From Thermodesulfobacteriota bacterium (GTDB lineage: Bacteria > Desulfobacterota_D > UBA1144 > Nemesobacterales > Mycalebacteriaceae): 64,000 nucleotides of DNA. The position numbers and the translations under genes are program-made. The stretch is from positions 384,001 to 448,000 of the forward strand of contig OZ245366.1 of assembly GCA_965226585.1 (NCBI GenBank), in the 5' to 3' direction. The notes under the pieces are model-generated. The model was not told where the DNA came from, made no database searches, and was given only the letters and a program-made list of their open reading frames with translations. Below, piece after piece: positions 50,333 through 61,148 of this stretch (the stretch's first letter is position 1; each line of letters opens with the position of its first letter).

Positions 50333-52087
50333 ATGTCTGAAGAAAAACCTGTGGACGACCCGTCCGGAGACGCAGAGCGGGAAAACTCTCCGGACTCTGA
50401 AGACCGCTGGGCGGTGTGGCTCGGCTTTGCCATTTTGCTTGCCGGGGCTTTGCTGTTCTTCCCGCAGGCGGCTGATGTAAAATCGGAACTGCGCAAGGCG
50501 GAGTCTCTCTACGCCGAAAAGACTGACACAAAAGGTTTCAAAACAATCGCGTGGTACAAACTGTCTGACGCAAGGGCGGCGGTGAAGGCGAAGGACGGAG
50601 TTTCGGGCAAATGGCTTGCTCTGCTGGCGGGAAAACCCCGCAAGTGGTCTGACAATCCGCTGGACGCTTTCTTTTTTGACAGGCAAAGGGCGCAAACCCT
50701 CAGCGCGTCCGCAGGGGCGGCTCACAAAAAAGCGCGGGATTTTGAAAAGGCGGCTTTTTCCGCCGCGCAGTCAGCGGAAAAGAGGGCGGCAAAATCAGGG
50801 TTCGGCAATCAGTCTGCCAACGATAAAGCGTCAGCCGCCATATCAAAGTGGCGCGCGGCGCGGACAAAAGCGGCTTCAGCCGCGAAAAAAGCGGGTTTCA
50901 AAGGATACAACCAAGCCGGGTGGCTTATCGCTCTGGGCATTTTGTGCGCGGCTCTGTTCGGTACCGGAATAAAGTTTATGGGCGGCTCTTTCAGGCGTTT
51001 TGCCAAAGGTTTCGCTTTTGTTTTCGCGGTCGCGGTCGCGGCGTATGTGTTTGCGGGGCAGGCGACTGTGAAGCAGTACGGGGTTGGCTATGCCGTGTGG
51101 GCGATTGCCATCGGTATGCTCATAAGCAACACGGTCGGCACGCCGCGCTGGGCAATGCCCGCCGTGCAAACGGAGTATTACATCAAAACCGGGCTGGTTC
51201 TGCTTGGGGCGAAAATTCTGTTTGAAAAGATTCTCACCATAGGGGCGGCGGGGATTGTTGTGGCGTGGATTGTTACGCCCGTTGTGTGGCTGGTTACCTT
51301 CTGGTTCGGGCAGAAAATTTTAAAAATCGCGTCCAAACGGCTGAACGCCGTTATCTGCTCCGACATGTCTGTCTGCGGAGTGTCCGCCGCGATTGCGACT
51401 GCGGCGGCTTGCAAAGCCAAAAAAGAGGAACTCACCCTCGCGGTGGGGCTGTCTCTTGTTTTCACCGCGATTATGATGGTGGTTATGCCGCTGTTTATAA
51501 AAGGGTTTTTCCCGCCGGACAAACAACTGATACTTGGCGGGGCGTGGATGGGCGGCACAATAGACGCGACCGGAGCGGTTGCGGCGGCGGGAGCCGTTCT
51601 GGGTGAAAAAGCCCTCTACGTGGCGGCAACGGTCAAGATAATACAGAACGTGCTGATAGGGGTTATAGCCTTCTGTGTCGCCCTGTATTTCACAACAAAA
51701 GTGGAAGCCGCGGAAACGGGCGCGAAGCCGGACGCGCGCGAGATATGGCGGCGGTTTCCCAAGTTCATTCTCGGTTTTCTTGCCGCGTCAATAGTTTTTT
51801 CACTGCTCTACTCGTGGTTCAACACGCAGGCGGAGGGAATGGGACGCGCCTTGATTGATCAGGGGGTGGTTAAGGGAATGAGCGATATGTTCAGGGGATG
51901 GTTTTTCTGTCTGGCGTTTGTGAGCATAGGGCTTGCGACAAATTTCCGCGCCCTGCGTCATCACTTTGTCGGCGGCAAACCGCTTCTGCTGTATCTGTTC
52001 GGGCAGTCTTTCAATCTCGCTCTCACACTGCTGGTTGCCTATATCTCGTTCTACATTCTGTTCCCGAAACTTACGGAGGCGATTTAA
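50333..52087 (+). CDS. YeiH / putative sulfate exporter family transporter
   Basis: [43 protein letters not shown]. Confidence 0.88.
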   Translation: MSEEKPVDDPSGDAERENSPDSEDRWAVWLGFAILLAGALLFFPQAADVKSELRKAESLYAEKTDTKGFKTIAWYKLSDARAAVKAKDGVSGKWLALLAGKPRKWSDNPLDAFFFDRQRAQTLSASAGAAHKKARDFEKAAFSAAQSAEKRAAKSGFGNQSANDKASAAISKWRAARTKAASAAKKAGFKGYNQAGWLIALGILCAALFGTGIKFMGGSFRRFAKGFAFVFAVAVAAYVFAGQATVKQYGVGYAVWAIAIGMLISNTVGTPRWAMPAVQTEYYIKTGLVLLGAKILFEKILTIGAAGIVVAWIVTPVVWLVTFWFGQKILKIASKRLNAVICSDMSVCGVSAAIATAAACKAKKEELTLAVGLSLVFTAIMMVVMPLFIKGFFPPDKQLILGGAWMGGTIDATGAVAAAGAVLGEKALYVAATVKIIQNVLIGVIAFCVALYFTTKVEAAETGAKPDAREIWRRFPKFILGFLAASIVFSLLYSWFNTQAEGMGRALIDQGVVKGMSDMFRGWFFCLAFVSIGLATNFRALRHHFVGGKPLLLYLFGQSFNLALTLLVAYISFYILFPKLTEAI

Positions 52088-52088
52088 C

Positions 52089-52352
52089 TTGACGGCGAGG
52101 CAGAGACTGCGCGCGTGGGCAATTCTGCTTGCGGGGCTTGCGTGCCTGTGGTTTGCGGTGTTTGCCGCCGCGCCCCGGCTGGCGAAACTGATACCCCTTT
52201 TTGAACGGATGGCGCAGGCGGCGGAAGAAAGAAACATTGACGCTTCCGCGTATTTTTATTCCGAACTTGAAATTTCCTATGAAGCGGAGAGGCTCATTGG
52301 CGATGCCGTCAAATCCGTCCGCAAACCCGAACCGGAGGACGGCGGTTTTTGA
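52089..52352 (+). CDS. Small membrane-anchored hypothetical protein
   Basis: TTG start after GGAGG; one hydrophobic segment, IDASAYFYSE. Confidence 0.6.
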   Translation: MTARQRLRAWAILLAGLACLWFAVFAAAPRLAKLIPLFERMAQAAEERNIDASAYFYSELEISYEAERLIGDAVKSVRKPEPEDGGF

Positions 52353-52406
52353 CAACCCGCACGATTTACCTGTAAATTAGCCCTGTTTCTGACGGAGGAC
52401 GAAGCC

Positions 52407-53396
52407 ATCATTCTTATTGACGACATCTACAAAAAAGCGGTTGTTCGCGATGAGCCGATAGATTTTGACGAGGCGCTCGCGCTTACGGAAATTCCAAACG
52501 AAAGGATAGGCGAACTTATGTGCGTTGCCCGCGATGTTACAAAAAAACATCACGGAGACGGCGTTTTTCTGCGCTCCATAATCTCCGCCCAAACGGGGAA
52601 CTGCCCCGAAGACTGCTCTTTCTGCTCGCAATCCGCCCACTACGACACCGATGTTGAAGCGCACCCGCTTATGGCGGACGAAAAAATACTGAAAGCCGCA
52701 AAACAGGCCGAATCCATGGGCGCGATGGATTTCTGCATAGTCATAAGCGCGAAGGGTCCCACGCCCCGCATATTCAAACGAGTTCTCGGCGCGGTTGACC
52801 TTCTCACAAGGGAAACAAACCTCAAAGTCGGCTGTTCACTCGGCGAACTGACCGAAGAGCAGGCAATTCTGCTTAAAGAGCACGGCGTCTGGAGATACAA
52901 CCACAACCTTGAAACCTGCCGCAGTCACTTCCCGAACATCGTTACCACGCACTCATACGATGACAGGGTGGAGACGGCAAAGACGGTTAAAAAAGTTGGA
53001 ATGAACCTGTGCTCGGGCGGCATCCTCGGAATGGGGGAAACCACCCGCCAGCGCGTGGAGTTCGCTTTTGAAATACGCGAACTTGACCCGAACTGGGTTC
53101 CAATCAACTTCCTCAACCCGCGCCCCGGAACACCGTTTGCGGCGTTTGAACCCGTCCAGCCGCTTGAAGCCGTAAAGATGATATCCATCTGGCGTCTGGT
53201 TCTGCCGGACAAAATACTGATGATTTCAGGGGGAAGAGAGGTAACGTTGAGAGACCTCCAGTCCATGGGGGTTTTTGCGGGCGCGAACGCCATGATAATA
53301 GGCAACTACCTCACAACGTCCGGAAGGTCGCCCGAGGAAGACCTCAAAATGCTTGAAGACCTCCAGATGCCGGTTCGCACTCAAATAGAGAACTGA
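52407..53396 (+). CDS. bioB: Biotin synthase
   Basis: CPEDCSFCSQS, YNHNLET, CSGGILGMGE, GNYLTT; frame is open and coding-like 37 codons upstream of ATG 52518, so the start is uncertain. Confidence 0.95.
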   Translation: MILIDDIYKKAVVRDEPIDFDEALALTEIPNERIGELMCVARDVTKKHHGDGVFLRSIISAQTGNCPEDCSFCSQSAHYDTDVEAHPLMADEKILKAAKQAESMGAMDFCIVISAKGPTPRIFKRVLGAVDLLTRETNLKVGCSLGELTEEQAILLKEHGVWRYNHNLETCRSHFPNIVTTHSYDDRVETAKTVKKVGMNLCSGGILGMGETTRQRVEFAFEIRELDPNWVPINFLNPRPGTPFAAFEPVQPLEAVKMISIWRLVLPDKILMISGGREVTLRDLQSMGVFAGANAMIIGNYLTTSGRSPEEDLKMLEDLQMPVRTQIEN

Positions 53397-53431
53397 GAAA
53401 ATCTCCGCGCGCCGCCCCGCGCACACCTAAA

Positions 53432-54790
53432 ATGTCCGGCAGACGCACAAACATCTGGCACCCCTTCACTCAGATGAGTGAACACGAAGATTCCCCGCCG
53501 CTTGTCATAGAAAAGGGCGAGGGCTCCTACCTGATAGATTCTGACGGAAACCGCTACATAGACGGCGTTTCATCGCTGTGGGTAAATATTCACGGGCACG
53601 GAGTTCGTGAGATAGAGGACGCGGTAAAAAAACAACTTGAAAGCATAGGGCACAGCACTTTGCTTGGGCTTTCAAATCCCGCCGCCGAACAGCTTGCCGA
53701 AAAAATCATATCCGCCGCCCCGGACGGGCTTACAAAGGTTTTCTTTTCCGGAGACGGCGCGTCCGCCGTTGAGGTGGCGATAAAAATGGCGTTTCAATAC
53801 TGGAAGAACAAGGGCGAAGAGAGCAGAACGAAATTCATCTCGCTTGAAAACGGGTATCACGGAGACACGCTTGGAGCCGTATCTGTGGGCGGAATAGACA
53901 TGTTTCACTCCGCTTTCAAGCCGCTGTTGTTTGAAACATTCAAAGCGCCTTCCTACTACTGTTACAGATGCCCGCTTTCAAAAACCTATCCGTCTTGCGG
54001 AGTTGCCTGCGCGGATGAGATTGACGCGATATGCTCTGAGCATCCCGGAGAGATAGCCGCCATTATTCTTGAGCCGTATGTTCAGGCGGCGGGCGGAATG
54101 ACGGTTTCGCCCCCGTCATATCTTGAGAAGGTGAGAAAGATTGCGGACAGCCATGACGTTCTTTTGATACTTGACGAAGTGGCGACCGGATTCGGCAGAA
54201 CGGGCGAGATGTTTGCCTGCGAGCATGAAAATGTCTGTCCCGATATGATGGTTATCGGCAAAGGGCTTACGGGCGGATACACGGCGCTTTCCGCCACGCT
54301 TGCGACCGAACGGATATACGAGGCGTTTCTTGGCGACTACGAGGAGTTCAAAACCTTTTTTCACGGGCACAGTTATTCGGGAAACCCGCTTGCCTGCGCT
54401 GCGGGGCTGGGCAATTTCGCGGCGTTTGAAAACAGAAAAACACTTGAAAAACTGCCTGAAAAAATAGAGTTTTTTGAGGACGAACTCAAAGAGTTCCGCT
54501 CCATAGAAAGTGTGGGAGACGTGAGAAACAAGGGGCTTATGGCGGGCATTGAGATAGTTATGGACAGAGACACAAAACAGAGTTATCCCGTTTCCATGAG
54601 AATGGGGAAAAGGGTGGCGGACAGGGCGATGGATTACGGCGTTCTGCTTCGCCCGCTTGGCGATGTTGTGGTTCTGATGCCGCCGCCGGGCATTGAGATG
54701 GATGATTTGAAAAAACTGATGAAAGCCGCTTACAGGGCTGTGAGAGAGGTTACCGAAGAGGCGGCGGAAAAGGGCGCGGCTTTTTTATGA
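53432..54790 (+). CDS. bioA: Adenosylmethionine-8-amino-7-oxononanoate aminotransferase
   Basis: IWHPFTQM, DGVSSLW, YHGDT, DEVATGFGRTG, KGLTGG. Confidence 0.96.
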   Translation: MSGRRTNIWHPFTQMSEHEDSPPLVIEKGEGSYLIDSDGNRYIDGVSSLWVNIHGHGVREIEDAVKKQLESIGHSTLLGLSNPAAEQLAEKIISAAPDGLTKVFFSGDGASAVEVAIKMAFQYWKNKGEESRTKFISLENGYHGDTLGAVSVGGIDMFHSAFKPLLFETFKAPSYYCYRCPLSKTYPSCGVACADEIDAICSEHPGEIAAIILEPYVQAAGGMTVSPPSYLEKVRKIADSHDVLLILDEVATGFGRTGEMFACEHENVCPDMMVIGKGLTGGYTALSATLATERIYEAFLGDYEEFKTFFHGHSYSGNPLACAAGLGNFAAFENRKTLEKLPEKIEFFEDELKEFRSIESVGDVRNKGLMAGIEIVMDRDTKQSYPVSMRMGKRVADRAMDYGVLLRPLGDVVVLMPPPGIEMDDLKKLMKAAYRAVREVTEEAAEKGAAFL

Positions 54791-55950
54791 ATCCCCTCAA
54801 CTGGCTTGAAGGCGAACTTTCCGGGATACGGGAAAAGGGGCTTTTCAGGGAACTTACCGAACTTGAGACCGGGCAGACGCCCGAAGTTTCAATTGGCGGA
54901 CGGAAGTATATTCTGCTTGGCTCAAACGGATATCTTGGGCTTTCCACTCATCCTTCGGTTATAAGGGCGGCTGTGTCTGCCCTTGAAAAATACGGCGCGG
55001 GAAGCGGCGGCTCGCGTCTTGTGAGCGGAACAACAGACTTGCATCGTGAACTGGAGGAGAGGATAGCGGCGTTCAAAAAAACTGAGGCGGCAATAGTTTT
55101 CAGTTCCGGTTATCTGGCAAACACGGGCGCGATTCAGTCGCTTGCCCCCTCGGGAAGCGTGATATTCAGCGATGAGTTGAATCATGCTTCAATAATAGAC
55201 GGGTGCAGAATTTCGGGCGCGGAGGTGAGGGTGTACCGTCATTTGGATTTTGATCATTTGGAGACTCTTGTGTCTGCGGAGAAGGGAGTGGAGAGGAAAC
55301 TGATAGTTACGGACACGGTTTTCAGCATGGACGGCGACCTTGCGGATTTGTCTGTTCTTTGCGGCATTTCAGAGCGGCACGGGTGCGCGCTTATGGTTGA
55401 CGAGGCGCACGCGACCGGAGTTTTGGGCAAGCGGGGAAGCGGGGCGACAGAGCATTTCGGAGTTGAGAGCCGGGTTGGGATTACGATGGGAACGCTTTCC
55501 AAGGCGGTGGGTTCATCGGGCGGTTACATAGCCGGAAGCGGAAAACTTATAGAGTTCATACGCAACAGGGCGAGGGGATTTATTTTTGACACTTCGCCGC
55601 CCGCTCCCGCCCTTGCGGCGGCTCTTGAGGCGATAGGGATAATAGAGCGTGACGAGGTGCGGCGGGGGCATTTGTGGGAGATGATAAATCTGTTCAAGGG
55701 TGGTTTGGAGGATATGGGGCTTGAGGTTTTGCCTTCGCAGTCCGCCATAGTTCCCGTTCCTATAGGCGAGCCGGATGAGGCGATGAGGTTTGCGTCTGCG
55801 TTAATGGAAAGAGGTGTCTACACCCCTGCGGTAAGGCCCCCGTCCGTGCCTGCCGGAAAGTGCAGGATAAGGGCGTCAATTATGGCAACGCACGAAAAAG
55901 CGCACATTGAAAAAGCGATTAAGGCGTTTGAAAAAGTAAAAGAGGTGTGA
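54787..55950 (+). CDS. bioF: 8-amino-7-oxononanoate synthase
   Basis: SNGYLGL, GSGGSRL, LNHASIIDG, VDEAH, GTLSKA. Confidence 0.94.
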   Translation: MNPLNWLEGELSGIREKGLFRELTELETGQTPEVSIGGRKYILLGSNGYLGLSTHPSVIRAAVSALEKYGAGSGGSRLVSGTTDLHRELEERIAAFKKTEAAIVFSSGYLANTGAIQSLAPSGSVIFSDELNHASIIDGCRISGAEVRVYRHLDFDHLETLVSAEKGVERKLIVTDTVFSMDGDLADLSVLCGISERHGCALMVDEAHATGVLGKRGSGATEHFGVESRVGITMGTLSKAVGSSGGYIAGSGKLIEFIRNRARGFIFDTSPPAPALAAALEAIGIIERDEVRRGHLWEMINLFKGGLEDMGLEVLPSQSAIVPVPIGEPDEAMRFASALMERGVYTPAVRPPSVPAGKCRIRASIMATHEKAHIEKAIKAFEKVKEV

Positions 55951-56002
55951 TGCCTCTTCCGTCATTCCGTTGTCCCCTCCCGTCATTCCTGCCTTCTCCC
56001 CC

Positions 56003-56078
56003 GTCATTCCTGCGGAAGCAGGAATCCAGTATTAATTAGCCAGTTGAATACTGGATTCCGTGTCAGGCACGGAATGAC
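56003..56078 (+). repeat. 76-bp palindromic REP-like element, single copy between convergent bioF and coaBC
   Basis: GTCATTCCTGCGGAAGCAGGAATCCAGTATT...AATACTGGATTCCGTGTCAGGCACGGAATGAC; preceded by CCGTCATTCC half-sites from 55959. Confidence 0.95.
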
Positions 56079-56136
56079 GGAAGGGGAGATAAACACGGAA
56101 CGGCGGGGGTGGGTTTCCATTCTTCGGGGTTGCGGG

Positions 56137-57348
56137 TTAGCCGGTTTTATCTTCATAAATACTTAACGCTCTGTCCAGAATCTTATGACCAAGCGCGTCT
56201 TTTGTCATAAGCGGCAGGGTTTCCGGTTTTCCTTCGGGGCGCAGGAGGGTTGCCTGATTTGTTTCCGTGCCGAAACCGGAGCCTTCAGATGAAACATCGT
56301 TTGCCACTATCATATCGGCGTTTTTCTTTTTCAGTTTCTTTTGAGAGTTCTCAATAACAGACTGTGTTTCCGCGCTGAAGCCGACAACAACGGATTTTTT
56401 CGCGCGTTTTTTGCCGATTGATTCCAGAATGTCAGGTGTTTTTTCAAGTTGCAGACACATCGTTTCCGCAGTTTTTTTAATCTTCTCTTCCTCTGTCTTC
56501 GCGGGAGTGTAATCGCCCACCGCCGCCGCTTTTATTACAAAATCGGCATCCGTAAGGTTGTCCATAACGGCGTCAAACATATCGCCCACCGTTACAGTGT
56601 CTATGCGTTTCATTCCGGGCAGGTTTATTCCCGCGCCGCTTGCGGAAACAAGCGTTACATCACCGCCCCTCAGCCACGCCGCCCGCGCTATCGCGCATCC
56701 CATTTTTCCGGTTGAAGGGTTGGATATAAAGCGCACGGGGTCTATATGTTCGCGTGACGCGCCTGCCGTAACAAGCAGTTTTTTTCCCTTGAAATCATCG
56801 GGTGAAACCGCTTTTTCCACCGCAGAGACTATGTCATCCGTTTCGCTGAGCCGACCTTTGCCTTCCCATCCGCAAGCAAGGTCTCCCTCTGCGGGACCAA
56901 CTATTGAAACGCCCGCGCTCTCAAGTTTTTCAAGATTTTCCCGCACAATGGGGTGGGAATACATATTCACATTCATTGCCGGGCACGCGATCACCGGCGA
57001 TTTGGTGGCAAGAATTATCGCGCCGGGAAGGGTGTCTGCTATTCCCGCCGCCATTTTTCCGATAAAAGACGCCGTTGCCGGAGCCACAACCACTGCGTCT
57101 GCCGTGTCTGCAAGGGCGATGTGACCTATTTCGGATTCCCATTCAAGGTCAAACGGATCGGAGACCGCTTTTTTGCCTGAAAGGGTTTGAAGCGTGAGAG
57201 GTGTTATGAACTTTTCGGCGTTTTTTGTCATAACAACCTGAACCTCCGCGCCCCGCCGCATCAGTTCCCTCGTGATTTCGCACGACTTGTAAGCGGCTAT
57301 GCTTCCGGTAACTCCCAGAACTATTTTTTTTCCTTCAAGAACTTTCAT
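56137..57348 (-). CDS. coaBC: Phosphopantothenoylcysteine decarboxylase/ligase
   Basis: GVTGSIAAYK, PAMNVNM, LACGWEGKGRL, DPVRFISNPSTGKMG. Confidence 0.96.
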   Translation of the reverse strand: MKVLEGKKIVLGVTGSIAAYKSCEITRELMRRGAEVQVVMTKNAEKFITPLTLQTLSGKKAVSDPFDLEWESEIGHIALADTADAVVVAPATASFIGKMAAGIADTLPGAIILATKSPVIACPAMNVNMYSHPIVRENLEKLESAGVSIVGPAEGDLACGWEGKGRLSETDDIVSAVEKAVSPDDFKGKKLLVTAGASREHIDPVRFISNPSTGKMGCAIARAAWLRGGDVTLVSASGAGINLPGMKRIDTVTVGDMFDAVMDNLTDADFVIKAAAVGDYTPAKTEEEKIKKTAETMCLQLEKTPDILESIGKKRAKKSVVVGFSAETQSVIENSQKKLKKKNADMIVANDVSSEGSGFGTETNQATLLRPEGKPETLPLMTKDALGHKILDRALSIYEDKTG

Positions 57349-57443
57349 TGTTTCCTTCACATAATACTGGATTTTTGCCCTCTCCGTCATTCCGTGCCTA
57401 TTCCGTCATTCCGTTGCCCCTTCCCCGTCATTCCTCTTTCCCC

Positions 57444-57876
57444 GTCATTCCTGCGGAAGCAGGAATCCAGTATTGGTTAACCAGTTGAATACTGGATTCC
57501 GTGTCAGGCACGGAATGACGGAAGTGGGAAGTGTCATTCCTGCGGAAGCAGGAATCCAGTATTGGTTAACCAGTTGAATACTGGATTCCGTGTCAAGCAC
57601 GGAATGACGGGAAGTGGGGAGTGTCATTCCTGCGGAAGCAGGAATCCAGTATTAATTAACCAGTTGAATACTGGATTCCGTGTCAGGCACGGAATGACGG
57701 AAGTGGGGAGTGTCATTCCTGCGGAAGCAGGAATCCAGTATTGGTTAACCAGTTGAATACTGGATTCCGTGTCAAGCACGGAATGACGGAAGTGGGGAGT
57801 GTCATTCCTGCGGAAGCAGGAATCCAGTATTAATTAACCAGTTGAATACTGGATTCCGTGTCAGGCACGGAATGAC
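57444..57876 (+). repeat. Tandem array of five 76-bp palindromic elements
   Basis: Units start at 57444, 57533, 57623, 57712 and 57801, joined by near-constant 13-14 bp GGAAGTGGGRAGT linkers. Confidence 0.97.
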
Positions 57877-57891
57877 GGAGTGGGCGCGTCC

Positions 57892-60800
57892 CTAAAACGC
57901 CACTCCGAACCTTGCCGTAAATGTCTGCGTAAGCGTATCAAAGGTAGGAGAAACACCTCCGCTATACGCCACCCGCACACTTACACCTTTTAACGGATTT
58001 ACCTCTGCACCCGCGCTGTATCTTATGTTTATGCGTTCAAGTCCGCCTTTTGTATTTACCGGGTCATCAGGGGAAAAGGCGGCTTTTAAGTCTGTCTTGG
58101 GGTCTGTTAAATGAGCGTCCGCTCCGGCGGTTATCCACATATTTACACTTTCCCCTGCGGGAGCATAAGCCGTTACCGATGGAGTTACACGCAAATATGT
58201 TTGTGATAATCCTTCAACAGAAAGAGGCATATCTCCGCCGCCGGTTTCTGTAAAACTGTCCGCAGATACACGGGCTACACCCGCCTCAAGACGCGGAACC
58301 ACCATAAACACACCACCGCCGGGAAAGAAAGGCATCTCCGCCCCGATTGCGGCAGACCATGTTGTTATATTTGTTTTTGCAGAGTAGGTATCTTCTCCCC
58401 TTGCGGATGTTGATTCCCATGCCGCTTTTGCAAATTGTGTTCTTGCGTCTGCGATAATTTTTTTCCAAATCTCACCCGCTACTGATAACCCTGCCATAAA
58501 ACGCTCACCCGCCGCGTTTGTATCAGTTCCGGCATTAAAGTCTGATGTTTCATAACCCGCGCCGACTGATACGGCAGACTGCCCTGCGGGGATGGAAAAA
58601 CCTCCGGCAAATACATAAGCATCTTCTCCGTATTTAACCTTTGTATCGTGTCTCGTGTGACGGCTTCCCGCATCTGCCCAGAGACAGCCGCCTTGCAAAT
58701 CTTGCGTTTCCGCCTCTCCGCCGTAACAACTGCCACGCAGTTTTTCTGAGAAACTTGTGTCTGAGTGGTAAGCGGATTGAATCATCGCGTCATAGTTTCT
58801 CAGGTAGTTAAAGTGGACGGAATTGGCAAGCACAACAAATATGTTGCCGTTTGAATCCATTCCCGCGCTACTGCCTTCACCAAGACCGCCGCTTATCATG
58901 CTCAATACTGCTTGCCTTTCGGCTTCATTATCGGGAAGGGCGGTTTCGCTGAATAGGGCGAATTCGTCTGAATGTCTTTCAGGGTTGGCTAATTTTATGT
59001 TTAGGTCTTTAACATCTTCTGCGGTTAATGTGCCTTCAAGTTCTATGAGGGGTTTGTCTGTCGTCATTTCTGTAGAGTCTGCGGTAACCATAACGGTTGA
59101 GTTTTCACCAAAGGTTATTTTTTCCAAACCGTTAAATCCGCCTGTGTCTTGAATTACGATTGTGCCGTTGTTTATGAAATGGTCATCGCCATCTCCGAAG
59201 TTAATGGTTGCGGTTGTGTCCTCAGGGGCGGGGTCTGCAGAAGAGAGGCGGAAACGGCTGTTTCCCGCCCCCTCCGTCATTCCTGCGGAAGCAGGAATCC
59301 AGTATTGATTAGCCAGTTGAATACTGGATTCCGTGTCAAGCACGGAATGACGGGGTGGAGAGGATGCGGAATGACGGGAAGGGGAGGATTGTTGCGTGGA
59401 GGGTGGGTCAGGCTTGGTTTCTGCGATTATTTGCGAGCCGTCATAGATTACCATTCCGCTGTCTATATTTTCAAAAATGTCATTGCCATCGCCCATGTCA
59501 AAATCTCCAGTCAGGGTGAAGGTTCCCTTGTTTTCAACCCTGTCATCACCGGCTCCGGTATTTCCGTGTCCGGTGAAAGAACCGTTGTTGTAGAAAACAT
59601 CGCTGTTGTCTGAAAGCCCAATTCTGCCCGTTATATTGCCGCTACCTTCGGTTGTTATCGTTGCGCCATAGGTCGCCGAGTCACCAGCACGCACGGCATA
59701 GCCATAGTCGCTTGCCGTGCAGATTATGCCCGAAAGCGCACCGCCGCACACAATCGCGCTTCCTCCAACCGTTAATTCCGCTTGCCCGTCTTCGTTTCTG
59801 AGAAGCACGGCGGTACTGAAAATGCTCTCTGATGACCCGCCTCTGAGCATCCAAATCCCTCCGCCCGATATATTCACCGCTTGCGCGACTACCGCATTGC
59901 CGTTATGGACTGTCGTAAAAATATCTCCGCCCGACACATTCACCGTATCTGCAACCACCGTATTGCCGCCCGAACCGTTAGCCCAGATGTTTCCCGATAC
60001 TACATGCAAGCCGCTCACCGATTCTATTGTTGTGCCGCCATCGCCTTGCGTCCAGATATCAATATTGCTGATGCTTGCCTCACCGCCGGTGTCAAGATAA
60101 ACGCCGCTGCTATTATGATTCAGAGAGGCAATATTGCCCGTGCCATCGCCTGTGATTGTGATGTCTCCATTTACCGATGTTGCATTCAAAGCCCATCCGC
60201 CTGTGCCTATGCCGCGAATCAGCGCGCCCGACAGTTCTATGCGTATATCTCCGTCAACAGTAGTGGCTTTAACCCCGTTTCTGCCGACTATGCATGAGTT
60301 CCCGTTTTTCATCACTATGTCTATATCTCCGTCACCCCCCGTTTGAGCCGCAAAGCCGTGGGAATCTCCCACAGAAGGGGTGAGGATTGACGCAGAGTTT
60401 GTAAGCAAAACACTTATATTGCCGCTTGTGGATGTGAATGTCGCGCCTCTGGCGTTGTAGGTGGAGTCGCGTTTGCTACTGCGGTACATAAAAATTCCCG
60501 AATACAAACCGTCAAAATTCGCGCTGATTTCGCCGCCGTTGGTTGTCGCGATAAAACCGTCTGCGCCATCCGACACTTTTGACATAATTCTCCCCTGATT
60601 GGAGAAGTTCGCAAACACTCTTCCGCTTTCGCTTGAAGCGACAATTCCGTTTCCGCCGGTTGATTCAATTTGAACTTTTGATTGATTGTGAATGTCTATA
60701 TCCGCATCACCCGTTCCGGCTGTCATAGTAACAACATTCCCGCCGGTTCCGCGTTTGGTGGTGAACGAGTTGTTATCGCCTCTGAAAATAGCGTTCCCCT

Positions 60801-61119
60801 CGGCATCAATATTTACAGCTTCATCGCCTATGTAATTTGATGTGAAATTTCCATAAGAGAGAAAGGCTGCATCCTCGCCCACGATGTTGCTGACCAAAGT
60901 AGCAACGCGGATGCCGACTTCTGTTTCGCTATTATCAAATTTCAAGATGAAAGCTACGGTTCCGTCAAAGCCCGGGGAGGTGCATTCAAGAAGCGGGAAT
61001 CCGAAGGAGGTGCCTTTGCATTCATATCCGAGGCGGACATCTTGCGCGTAAGAGGATGACGGCGTGGAAAATGTGAATAAAAGGGCAGGCAGAAGAATAA
61101 ATGCTAGTTTTTTAGCCAT
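57892..61119 (-). CDS. Autotransporter-like outer membrane protein (1075 aa)
   Basis: Signal peptide, G/N/T/S-rich passenger, C-terminal amphipathic beta strands ending RFGVAF. Confidence 0.8.
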   Translation of the reverse strand: MAKKLAFILLPALLFTFSTPSSSYAQDVRLGYECKGTSFGFPLLECTSPGFDGTVAFILKFDNSETEVGIRVATLVSNIVGEDAAFLSYGNFTSNYIGDEAVNIDAEGNAIFRGDNNSFTTKRGTGGNVVTMTAGTGDADIDIHNQSKVQIESTGGNGIVASSESGRVFANFSNQGRIMSKVSDGADGFIATTNGGEISANFDGLYSGIFMYRSSKRDSTYNARGATFTSTSGNISVLLTNSASILTPSVGDSHGFAAQTGGDGDIDIVMKNGNSCIVGRNGVKATTVDGDIRIELSGALIRGIGTGGWALNATSVNGDITITGDGTGNIASLNHNSSGVYLDTGGEASISNIDIWTQGDGGTTIESVSGLHVVSGNIWANGSGGNTVVADTVNVSGGDIFTTVHNGNAVVAQAVNISGGGIWMLRGGSSESIFSTAVLLRNEDGQAELTVGGSAIVCGGALSGIICTASDYGYAVRAGDSATYGATITTEGSGNITGRIGLSDNSDVFYNNGSFTGHGNTGAGDDRVENKGTFTLTGDFDMGDGNDIFENIDSGMVIYDGSQIIAETKPDPPSTQQSSPSRHSASSPPRHSVLDTESSIQLANQYWIPASAGMTEGAGNSRFRLSSADPAPEDTTATINFGDGDDHFINNGTIVIQDTGGFNGLEKITFGENSTVMVTADSTEMTTDKPLIELEGTLTAEDVKDLNIKLANPERHSDEFALFSETALPDNEAERQAVLSMISGGLGEGSSAGMDSNGNIFVVLANSVHFNYLRNYDAMIQSAYHSDTSFSEKLRGSCYGGEAETQDLQGGCLWADAGSRHTRHDTKVKYGEDAYVFAGGFSIPAGQSAVSVGAGYETSDFNAGTDTNAAGERFMAGLSVAGEIWKKIIADARTQFAKAAWESTSARGEDTYSAKTNITTWSAAIGAEMPFFPGGGVFMVVPRLEAGVARVSADSFTETGGGDMPLSVEGLSQTYLRVTPSVTAYAPAGESVNMWITAGADAHLTDPKTDLKAAFSPDDPVNTKGGLERINIRYSAGAEVNPLKGVSVRVAYSGGVSPTFDTLTQTFTARFGVAF
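59276..59351 (+). repeat. 76-bp palindromic element inside autotransporter 1, in frame
   Basis: Element plus flanks encode RHSVLDTESSIQLANQYWIPASAGMT on the minus strand. Confidence 0.95.
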
Positions 61120-61148
61120 GATACTGAGTTCTCAAATTAGAAGAAGTG

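Noticed and set aside
57445..57756. Short ORFs 57445-57627 and 57562-57756 (also 63553-63909)
   Set aside because: They are translations of the palindromic repeats; the last one also overlaps ilvD out of frame.
57444..57876. CRISPR array
   Set aside because: Repeats are 76 bp, linkers are 13-14 bp and nearly identical, the same unit is dispersed elsewhere, and no cas genes are present.
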